Shown here: one piece after another, positions 36,920 to 48,800 of the stretch
How positions within the stretch are numbered: position 1 is the stretch's first letter
Layout: every line of letters begins with the position of its first letter
Source of the DNA: Pecten maximus
Lineage: Eukaryota
NCBI RefSeq assembly: GCF_902652985.1
Contig: NC_047023.1
Span: forward strand, 39,246,001 to 39,310,000
Length of the DNA stretch: 64,000 bases
Direction of reading: 5' to 3'
Notes under the pieces: generated by a model
Databases searched by the model: none
Told to the model about the DNA's origin: nothing
Seen by the model: only the letters and a program-made list of their open reading frames with translations
Position numbers and translations under genes: made by a program

Positions 36920-38340
36920 CCTTTGTATGATTTGTGTTATCTCCCTTTGTATGATTTGCGTTATTTCCCTTTGTATGATTAGTGTTATTTCCCTTTTGTA
37001 TGATTTGTGTTATTTCCCTTTGTATGATTTGTGTTATTTCCCTTTGTATGATTTGTGTTATCTCCCTTTGTATGATTTGTGTTATTTCCCTTTGTATGAT
37101 TTGTGTTATCTCCCTTTGTATGATTTGTGTTATTTCCCTTTGTATGATTTGTGTTATCTCCCTTTGTATGATTTGTGTTATTTCCCTTTGTATGATTTGT
37201 GTTTTCTCCCTTTGTATGATTTGTGTTATTTCCCTTTGTAGGATTTGTGTTATTTCCCTTTGTATGATTTGTGTTATCTCCCTTTGTATGATTTGTGTTA
37301 TTTCCCTTTGTATGATTTGTGTTATTTCCCTTTGTATGATTTGTGTTATTTCCCTTTGTATGATTTATGTTATCTCCCTTTGTATGATTTGTGTGTTATT
37401 TCTCTTTGTATGATTTGTGTTATTTCCCTTTGTATGATTTGTGTTATTTCCCTTTGTATGATTTGTGTTATCTCCCTTTGTATGATTTGTGTTATCTCCC
37501 TTTGTATGATTTGTGTTATTTCCCTTTGTATGATTTGTGTTATTTCCCTTTGTATGATTTGTGTTATTTCCCTTTGTATGATTTGTGTTATTTCCCTTTG
37601 TATGATTTGTGTTATTTCCCTTTGTATGATTTGTGTTATTTCCCTTTGTATGATTTGTGTTATCTCCCTTTGTATGATTTGTGTTATTTCCCTTTGTATG
37701 ATTTGTGTTATTTCCCTTTGTATGATTTGTGTTATTTCCCTTTGTATGATTTGTGTTATTTCCCTTTGTATGATTTGTGTTATCTCCCTTTGTATGATTT
37801 GTGTGTTATTTCCCTTTGTATGATTTGTGTTATTTCCCTTTGTATGATTTGTGTTATTTCCCTTTGTATGATTTGTGTTATTTCCCTTTGTATGATTTGT
37901 GTTATCTCCCTTTGTATGATTTGTGTTATTTCCCTTTGTATGATTTGTGTTATCTCCCTTTGTATGATTTGTGTTATTTCCCTTTGTATGATTTGTGTTA
38001 TTTCCCTTTGTATGATTTGTGTTATTTCCCTTTGTATGATTTGTGTTATCTCCCTTTGTATGATTTGTGTTATCTCCCTTTGTATGATTTGTGTTATCTC
38101 CCTTTGTATGATTTATGTTATTTCCCTTTGTATGATTTGTGTTATCTCCCTTTGTATGATTTGTGTTATCTCCCTTTGTATGATTTGTGTTATCTCCCTT
38201 TGTATGATTTGTGTTATCTCCCTTTGTATGATTTGTGTTATCTCCCTTTGTAGGATTTGTGTTATTTCCCTTTGTAGGATTTGTGTTATTTCCCTTTGTA
38301 GGATTTGTGTTATTTCCCTTTGTAGGATTTGTGTTATTTT
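36920..38340. repeat. 24-bp minisatellite CCCTTTGTATGATTTGTGTTAT(T/C)T, about 59 copies
   Basis: Direct periodicity, highly homogeneous. Confidence 0.98.
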
Positions 38341-40271
38341 TTAGAAATCGTTTTGATGTTACATTTTCAGCTCAATTAACTTTTCAGTGTGGTTTTCATT
38401 TCTACCTTTTGGGTTTGTTTGTTTTGTTTTGTTGTTTTTTTTTTTGGGGGGGGGGGGGGGGGGGTATGAAATTAATTGAGTGATTAATTCTTTCATTCAC
38501 TCACATCCATTTATTCATTCACCTTTTATACACATGCATATCAAATATGATTTAACAAATTTAACAAGTGTCGCGATTCGTACATTAGTCCGACAAAATC
38601 GATACGAACATGTAAGGAAATATAACTTCCGTTACAAACCTAGGCTATTCAATCTAAAATGTAAAGATTTTATGAAAAGGTGGAATTTTGGTCGATAAAC
38701 TTTAGTAATTATGTATCTTTTCATGCATTGTGTAAATATCTTTTTAAAAACATAATAACTTTAACATAAATAATTTTATGTCCTGGTCGCTATTAGATTT
38801 CCGTTTAACACATGCCTTTCCATATATAAAACCATATTGAAAAAAAAAACTTCCAGTATTGAGTAGCGTTGAACTCGTGTATGGTACAATATATCAAATC
38901 ACCAACTGAAACACCCTTTTAACTTGGTGTGTAAAACTGACAGATTCCTGTGAAATACACACAGTATTCTTTGACATTTCCGTTACTGCCTCCACGACGA
39001 TGAAATGCCACTTTACTACTTGTTCAGCCGTCTATGGTTTATATATCCACAAAATGGGTTTGGCTCCGATAACACAAGCACCTGCTGTTATCCAGTTATG
39101 GGGTTTAACGCCCTCGAAACAGCGACAACCAGAGCAGATAGGAAAGGAAGGACAATATGTGGAGTGTTAAAAAGAGACAGCGGATCATTTAGTCTCTTTA
39201 AAATCACTAAATAGCGGAAAACTATTATTTATCATCACACTGTTTTAAATCGCATTTTTAGGTACAAAGCAAATACCGGCATAGCTTCTTTTGATATCTC
39301 TTACTACAAGGCACTGGAGAAACCATTTCGACCTCAGGGGAGTACCACCGTTACATTTAGTTGTATCTTACGACATTTGACCAGACATACATGTACCAGG
39401 CATGTTCACCCCTGAAAGGACTCATGTAGTGTTTTAGGGTTTTTCATCGCAAGGTCACTTCCAGTTTTAGATAGGGGTCAATGTTTAAAAGGAGTAGTTT
39501 TGGTAATAAACTTTAATTGGATATCGAATTTGTTAAAAAGAATGACATTGACCAACATTCAAGGAAGCATGGCTAAAATATCTGAAAATCTTTAAATGAC
39601 CGTACTGCATGTATTAACCAAAAATCCAAGGGCGGTGAGAATTGCTATTGACAGCAACAACAAAAAAGAGGAAATAGTCAACTTTCGGTTTTGTGGGATC
39701 AAATATCAAAAGTGCTATTTCCAGTAACAAACCTTAGAACTGTTCTAAATTTCTGGATGGTCTAGACTCTTAATGTTTATAAGATACACACCATTAACAC
39801 TTGTCTTTATGTGCTTTGTTTTCTCTCTAGTGTCTTCTTGACACCGGTCCTCATATACTCCTGGCTGTTGCGATAATCAAGAGGCCCTGGTTGATGATAT
39901 TCGACATGTGGCCTGCTGTAATAACGACTACAAACGTATAAATGACTTCAACCAACTCTCAAGATCACAGGGGTCAAAAGTATTAAAAACTAGGCAGTGG
40001 TTTTATATTTTATTTAACATGTCGTCATCCAATATGAAGATCATACTTCAGACCTGTTTATTTATCAGTCATTAGAACTGCATCCAGTTTGATTTAGTAT
40101 TACGTATACGTTAAATTATGTACATTTTATTTACTTATACCCAAAACCTAATTATATTTTAACAAAACACACAGTTGTTTGTCCAAATTAAACGCAATAT
40201 ATTAATATAAGGTTAATAAAATCAGTGCAATTAACATAATGCATAGAGAATCATGTTGTTCTTCGGTGAAC

Positions 40272-40300
40272 CAGAGACCTATATAGTATATAGGTCTCTG
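40272..40300. mobile_element. 29-bp perfect palindrome flanked by a 7-bp direct repeat
   Basis: GGTGAAC|CAGAGACCTATATA-G-TATATAGGTCTCTG|GGTGAAC. Confidence 0.75.
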
Positions 40301-40899
40301 GGTGAACTTAGCAAAAATGGCTATATGCCTATTGCAAGACAGTTGACAAGTCTTTATAGAAGGGTTTTCTGGCTATTTTTTAATATAAGACTAGACATGC
40401 CCCTGTGCCTAGACTGCAACCAGGAACATATATAGGCTAATGAGTACGCATTTATGCATGTCCCTCATTTTTCATTTTTTCGTCAGGTGGTACTGTATAT
40501 ATTTTTGTACAAATTATCAAACATTTCTTTTCAATATAACGATATAATTTATACCGTAAAACTGTGACCTGTTCATGTTACACATTCATTTGATTTTAAT
40601 GAAAGTTGATTTGTGATTTAAAGCTACTTAAATGAAAAGAATATACCAAACAAGGTTTCGTCCTAAAATTTTCGTTTAGGGCGAAACAACGTATTTAGGG
40701 CAAAACACAGGCATTATTCATATTGTGTGTTTTGGCAGCCAACAGATTCTGATGTCCCTGTCGTCAGTAACAATAAGGATGGACACCCTTACAGGATGTC
40801 TACTAAAACGTATCAGACACATGTGCACCGAGAGATAATTGTATCTGTGTTAATAAAAAAAAACACGCGAACAACAAGTGTCACGCGAATACGCCCAAC

Positions 40900-41170
40900 A
40901 ATCATAACGTGACGTCATGACTCTTGTTTTTATAAACAAAGTCACTCTTCTGAAATTGAAGGTAAGGAAATTTGTTATGGAAGTAAACCGTTTGTTGATT
41001 GGTTGCCTAACTGGCAGACTGATAATTTTCGACCAATGAAATTAGTTTTTACAGCACACGATTGTGTTTGACAGGTGTTTGGGAAAGAAGTAGGAAGACG
41101 GCGAAGTAAAATATAAGGTGTTATTTCCCGTATAAAATGAAGAACAGCTCTCAAATTAAGTAATCAGGTA
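40900..41170 (+). promoter_or_regulatory. Putative promoter and 5' UTR exons of the Rab11-FIP-like gene
   Basis: TGACGTCA at 40910, CCAAT-like boxes near 40998 and 41033, donor-like AG|GTAAGG at 40961 and AG|GTAAAT at 41167. No transcript evidence. Confidence 0.35.
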
Positions 41171-41710
41171 AATACACATTTTCATTTGTTTAGATACTCC
41201 CCAGAAATGTGTGTGTTTGCCGTGTAATTTGGCATGCCGGTATGTCAAACTGTGTCGATACTCGGATCGTTCACAGTTTCACGAGAATATGATTGATATG
41301 ACTATTCGCCAAGTTGTGCCTAAGGCCGTTCGTACAAACGGATAAACGTTCTACTCTCTAGCTTTGTACACTTATCTTTACTTACGGTCCATCGAATTAC
41401 AACTCAGAAAGCATGCAGAAATGAATATTCATCTTGTTGCTATGAGTAATCTTATCCCATCGAAATGTCACATTTTATAGTTCAAGAGTTCGTATACATT
41501 GTGTATCAACTCGAACATTTTCCCTCCCGGAGAGGTGTTAGATAAAGTAAATGAAAACAGAATAAACAGTAGATCTGTTAAAAGTAACACTGATACAACA
41601 CTGATTGTGAGATATATTTCCATATGTTGTCATATATGCAAGTTTAATTTGGCATATATATTTTATGTAATAAAAGCCAGACAAGCACATCAATTTAATA
41701 ATTCCTCATC

Positions 41711-42114
41711 ATAAGATAGAGCTCGGGAATATGAATATATTTTTTTCATTCGTAGGGATCTAGATATACTACATAAAAGTGTTTATCCTGCAACTGCCAC
41801 CGCATTGTCGGAATACACCCACCGTATATATTTTTGCTGTATACGGCAGTGACGGAAAACAGCTGTATTTTGGAATCTTTGCACGTGCGTCAGTTCGACT
41901 GACCTACTTCAAAGTGAAACTACGTTTAAAAGGCGAACTTATTTCTATCATTTTTGACACCGTTTCACTTCAAAATGATTATTTTTATGAGTATTTTAAT
42001 GACTGTTGCAGGATAAATAGAATACATGGTCAGTGTCTTAAAATATAAGATAGAGCTCGGGAATATGAATATTTTTTTTTCATTCGTAGGGATCTAGATA
42101 TACTACATAAAAGT
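41711..42114. repeat. Pair of near-identical 70-bp direct repeats flanking a core of about 265 bp
   Basis: ATAAGATAGAGCTCGGGAATATGAAT..CATAAAAGT at 41711-41780 and 42045-42114. Confidence 0.9.
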
Positions 42115-42889
42115 ATATATATGCATTGTTTGAATGATTGTTAGTAAAGGTAAAGGGCTCATTGGTTGACATACCGGTATACATTATAACTGTTAATATG
42201 TTTTGTTTGTAAGAATTGGATAGTATGCCTTTAATAGTGAAAATGTTTGTTGTTACTACTCCTGACTGATGGTAAAGTGACATCTTTTCACATTTATTAT
42301 CTTCAGTCTTCTTTGAAAAAGTGTAACTGTTACCAAATTACAAAGCAGCCTTGTTATATCCTATATTTATATGACATTGATACCAAAAATTGTCATGGAT
42401 GTAAGGCTATAGTTCCCTTTCCATAATTACATTTGATCATAAAAAGTCAATTCACATAGTATAGACAGGCCATATGTCATATGTTATTAACAAATGTATG
42501 ATTCTAGAGGTAAAAATGTACATGGTCTTTACAAGCTGCAGGTATCATTTAATTAAAATAATTATATGTATTGTATTAAATTGGGGCAGAAACAGATGGC
42601 CCCTATATAGAAGAGGATGTACATGTAAAAGCTTCAATTAAATTTTACAATTGACAATGGCAATAAACGGTTTGGAGCTTGTCAACTGAAAGTTCACAAT
42701 ATATATAGCAGACGGTAAACCTGTTAATGATAAAAAATATATAACAGTTTGGAGAATTAAATGATATCTGCCTGGAAATAGTTGTAGTAATTTTGAAAGA
42801 ATATATTCATTTTAGGTGTTCCAGTTATTTGGAATGGATTGAATATGATTTAACAAGAACTAGAAGAGTTGTTGAAGATCAGATACAGG

Positions 42890-45800
42890 ATGGCAACAGA
42901 ACCTGATGAAGTAACAGTCATAGGTGGGTAGTAACTGTATATATATGGTAGAGTGTAAAATTCTTATCATCTTGACTCAGTGTGGTGTAAAATAACCAAA
43001 TAATCATTATAAATCCAATCAGTTTCACTTCTTATGGTAAATACAAGTGAATGTAGTATTTAATGTGTCTAATAGGGTAAAAGTAAAGATAGCTCTCTGT
43101 TATTCTTGAATCTTGTAGTCTTGTGTCTGCCAGTCTTATAGTACTGGTAATGTATAGATGTTTCATAGTAAATTGATGTGGTCCAAATTAAATATACAAT
43201 GTTGTAAGTATTTTCACCCTACAGTGTATTTGGGCAGTACCGATTGGATTATCTTGTAAGCTTTTTTGTCATGTTTCCCTTGTGTAGTCATAGTATAAAT
43301 TGAATAAATCGTGCAAATTGTGTTCTACAAAACCACTTTAGCATCTTATATTCTTGATGCCATCAGCAGTAGAATAAAATAAGTATTTCAGTAGTTACAA
43401 GTTCCTGAGATGTTTTGACTCCTATACATACTGTAGTTGACTGGAAATGTATTATGATTAGTTTGAAAGTACATGTATTATATAGTAGTGGAAATCTTTA
43501 TTGACACATTAAAACACCTCATGTCACAAGGTGATTGTATACATCACTGGTATACATGTTGAAATTCATTTTCCTAATATGAATGATATTGCTATTTAAA
43601 GCGCTTAATAAAAAAAAAAAATGCATTAATAATATGTAAAGATGTACATATATGTGTATTGGAAAGATGTTGTAATGAAGAAATATTTCAAAAATGTAAA
43701 CTTTATTTTGACAAGATAATTTACTTTTTTTTGACAAGATACTGTAGTTTAGATGAGATTTGATAGACTGTAATAGAGGTTAGAAAGAACAAATCATATG
43801 TACCGGTATACAAAATGTCATATCTAACGTTTTGTATAAAATTAATATCTTAACATTTTATACAAACTACTGATATTTTTGTCTGCCCTTCTTATTTGTT
43901 GATACAGGAGTTTATCCAGATTTATTTGAATGAAAGTTTCAAAACAGTAGCATTTCTTGTAACAGTAACTGTATATTTCCAATAACTTCAAAAATGCAAA
44001 AGTAATCAACTTAAGAAGTCAGACATTATATTGTGTATATATGACCCCTTGAATTTCTGTCAGTTCAAGACAAGTAGTGGGAATATATAACCAGCGATGT
44101 ACTCTAGTGATACAAGTTAGATAAAACTATATACACCTGTTATTATAGATAACTGTCTTGTACTTGTATAGCTACCTGGTAACATAAAATGTGTGTGTAG
44201 TCCAGTTACAGTGTTTCAGCTTTGTTAGCTTTATTCCTGCACATCTTCATTAATTCTAGAGATGGAAGGACTAAATTGATCCATATGCAATAGTAAAAAA
44301 CATGCTGTGTAAATCAAAATTGTCAATCGGTGAAGACACAAATGAGTACAGTATGAACAAACTTTTTTATTGAGATTAATACGAGAAAAAGAAGAAAATC
44401 CTGGAAATTCTTCTCAAATTAACACTTATAATTTCAGATAAACCAAATTTCATTATACGGTATTCACTGTACTTCTTATAAAATATTTACCTTGCTTAAA
44501 AAATGTAGGGAACTTTTGCCATGGGCTAGTCTATACAGCTATTCAGACACCCTGAATAGAGACATTTCTTTTATGATGCACATTGTGTTGATTTGATAAT
44601 GTATGCTTTAATTTTGTATTTGTGGTATCACTAGTACTGATGTTACAGTATACGTATCTACCGGTAATGTCTCTGAGAAGACAATGTCAGTTGTAATGCT
44701 TGACTGCTGCAGACTATGCAAAATATGAAAAAAACAAGCGTTTCGTATATGCCACACATTATTTATTTTACAAAAATTGCTAAGCAAGTTATATTTACTA
44801 ATGTTAATCACTCATGTTGGTCCAGATGAAAGTGTGCGAGTGGTCTTATAATTATAATGGGAAGAAAACAATACCTGAAGATAATATTAATCTATATGGT
44901 CTGGCATTGGTGATGACCATTTGACAAACCCTGGTCACCTATGTGTTATCATTGTATTACATGGAGTGTGACCACACAGAGTGTTTTTATATTAATATGT
45001 GCAGAGGTATCAAATATAGGTATTCTTTGTGATGATGGACACTTTTATAGGAAGAAATGAATTACCAGAGCTCCACTTGAATGACTAAGTGTTATTCCAG
45101 TGGTGACTTAGTAAGATATTACGACTATAAAGTTATTTACTGTGCAATAAAGATCTAAGGAACCTGTAATAATCCTATAAACTGATGACCATATAATGTA
45201 CAGGTATAAAAAGTCTTAACTCAACAGATCAAGTGAAGGCCAGGATTGCGCGCAGATATCGGTGCAATATTACTGACACTGCAGAATCGTTTAACATTCT
45301 AAAGGAAGTTTCAGGGTTTCAGGAAGTCCTTACAGCAGAGATGAAAATGTTCAGCCGATTGGCTGATTTCAGCCTTTTTGAGTAATGTAATGTAAACTTG
45401 TAATTTTTCCCATTGAAAAGATTGAGTAATCTAATTTTCAGCCTTTTTGCCCTTAGTCCATTTTCATCTCTGCTAGTCTTTCACCTGTGTAGCCATCATG
45501 TTTCCTGATAAACCATACATAATACATATGTTGTATGTGCTTATTTTTTCTTATTTGCCAGGACAATTAACTTGGAATTTCCAACTTTCTTGAGGGTTGA
45601 GTTAACATTATATTTACCGGTATTTGAGTTCCAGCTCAAATTGTTCTTTTCTGCTTCATAATATATGTAATCAAAAATGGATAAAATCAGCCACTTTAGC
45701 AGTCTTAATCAATTATCAATTAATTTTTAAACCAATATGATGCTTAATTTGATGTATGACCTTTTTTTTTTTTTTTTTTAGTTTTGAAATCTTTTTTATT

Positions 45801-48800
45801 CATCCTTTTACATGTAGTATACATACAGGTATATTATATTACATGGTATAATAATACAGACATATCATTACAGCAGTAAGATGTACAATACGTATTAAGT
45901 GATGAATATATTGACCAGGTTAGGTGGCATAGTGGTGATGCTCTCCCCTCTCACAAAGACCACCTGGCCATTTGCCATCCAGACACAGGCCAACAAGCAT
46001 AATATGGTTAATGTTGATGTCAGGTCATTCTGGTCAAATATATATAAAACAAATTATTAGATCAAATTTTTTTAATATAACTATTTGCATCACTGAAAAC
46101 TTGAGATGAGCAAGTGGAAAATAAACTGCATTGATCAGTATATATCTGTATGATAGTTTGACCTGTGACCTTTGGTCTCATTCTGATATCTGAAGAATTT
46201 AGTATATACAGGGTAATATTTTGTGCATACTTAATGTTATTTTGATTTTTCAATAATTCATGCATGAACTGTTGCTGCACCCTATGCAGATTGTTAAATA
46301 TTGTTTTGTATCACCTCTAAAGAATTCTCGTTTTGATTAGGCATGCATCATTGTGTTTATGTAGATCTTATATATACCCAGTCATGCATGAGTCATTGTG
46401 ACCACAGGTATAGCTATAAAGGTCAAAGTTCATGTCATGTAGGATTGTTAAATTGACATATACATGGTATGTATTTTTATTCTACCACTACAGCGATGTC
46501 TCAGGCCGGCCTTTAATATGTTGCCATTGCCCTAGTGATGTACATGTCCTTATCGTCATCAATCCACAGATTTGGTTAAGATATTTTATATCAGAGTTCT
46601 ACATTCACTCATTAATAGTGATAGGGTGCTGACATTTTACACCAGAGTTCTCCATTCACTTATTGATAGAATGTTGACATTTTCCATGAAAATTCTTTTT
46701 TGATCAAATTAACATCTTTGATCTGCAGTTAAATTAGGAATTTTCATTTTTTTTTTCATTTGGTTTTAAATTTCTTTCCATGAGCCACTAGGGCATACAT
46801 CCAATAATTACAATAAAATGACCTCGTATGTTTTGTGTATGCATATAGTCACAGATTGTATACAAGTACTTGCTGGCCTAGCTTACCCTAGGGCTCAAGA
46901 TTTATTTGATATTCAGGTCTGAACATTTTATAGACCAGAATTAAATGTAAAAAGATTGGTGACTATATAATCAGATTGTAAAATTTTCAATATTCAATGC
47001 ATACAGCCGGGTATATGCTTATATTTATATAGGAAATTGTAACTCCAAACAATTATGGACAGTCATATAACTAATTTTGATTGTGATTGTATAGACCTGA
47101 AAAATATGATTTAAGATTACCTTATATAGAATACCTTATCATCAGAGCCTTGAGAGAAATGCATAAATTATGTGTAAAATCTTACTGGTATGTAAAAGGT
47201 ATGTAGGGTTATACTATATGTACCTCATGATCAGCGTGTATGTGTATAATATGAAACATTTTGTATTTCCTGCAGCAGTGCACAAGCTGATGTGGTAACA
47301 TGTACAGTCAACTGTATATACAGGAACTTCCTGTATTTGAGTGCAAAATTTTTTAATAATTTTATACATCTACATACTCCCTAATGCAAGCATGTAATGT
47401 CTGATATTATCATCTTAAAGAGGGCAGTGATTACAATAGTATCAAAAGTGAAAATGAAAACATATTTTTCAATAACAGCGGAAATTAACATATAGAATCA
47501 TTAAATAGTGTAAAAACTGAGAGGTTTGCTATTTCATAATAATTTAATTTTGTATGAAACACGCATTTTCATTGGCTGAAATAATTTTGTTATACCTCCA
47601 TAACAAAATTTTTGACGTTGCGAAATGTAACGTCATTTTTGATTGGCTGATGACGTGGCTAATAATTTATCACAGAAAAGAGTTCGCCAAAGAAAGTGAA
47701 ATATCTTGGTGTGTATAAGATGAAATTAAATTATAAGAATTAACATTAATTATTTTTTCTGTTATACAGTCATAACAAAAAAAACTGGAGTGTACTCTCT
47801 TCATAAACCGCGAAGCGGTTTATTTAGAGTACATGTAGGCGGTAAACCAGTAACTAACAAACACTGACTATAGTCAGTGAGATGAAACCTAGTGATAGGT
47901 GGAGTCATGTAGGCGGTAAACCAGTAACTAACAGACACTGACTATAGTCAGTGAGACGAAACCTAGCGATAGGTGGAGTCATGTAGGCGGTAAACCAGTA
48001 ACTAACAAACACTGACTATAGTCAGTGAGACGAAACCTAGTGATAGGTGGAGTCATGTAGGTGGTAAACCAGTAACTAACAAACACTGACTATAGTCGGT
48101 GTGATGAAACCTAGCGATAGGTGGAGTCATGTAGGCGGTAAACCAGTAACTAACAAACACTGACTATAGTCGGTGTGATGAAACCTAGTGATAGGTGGAG
48201 TCATGTAGGCGGTAAACCAGTAACTAACAAACACTGACTATAGTCAGTGAGATGAAACCTAGTGATAGGTGGAGTCATGTAGGCGGTAAACCAGTAACTT
48301 ACTAATGCTGACAAAACACTGACTATAGTCAGTGAGATGAAACCTAGCGATAGGTGGAGTCATGTAGGCGGTAAACCAGTAACTTACTAATGCTGACAAA
48401 ACACTGACTATAGCCAGTGAGACGAAACCTAGTGATAGGTGGAGTCATGTAGGCGGTAAACCAGTAACTAACAGACACTGACTATAGTCAGTGAGACGAA
48501 ACCTAGTGATAGGTGGAGTCATGTAGGCGGTAAACCAGTAACTAACAAACACTGACTATAGTCAGTGAGATGAAATCTAGCGAAAGGTGGAGTCATGTAG
48601 GCGGTAAAACAAGTAACTAACTAAAACTGACTACAATCATCTATAGAGACGAAAAGTAGTAATGGGCAAAGTCAATAGTCAGGTAGGTGGTAAACCAGAA
48701 ACTAACGAAGAAACACAGGATATTGTAGGATGCAATCATTCAAATATAATAGATATTGTCAATTATATATATGTATGCTAATTGTATTTGTTCAGAATTA

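Noticed and set aside
36927-38483. Cys-rich MICVISLC / YDLCYFPL ORFs
   Set aside because: 24-bp minisatellite with frame-shifting indels.
38880-39800. Possible DNA-transposon remnant
   Set aside because: The composition is suggestive, but no matching termini, TSD or coding motif could be identified.
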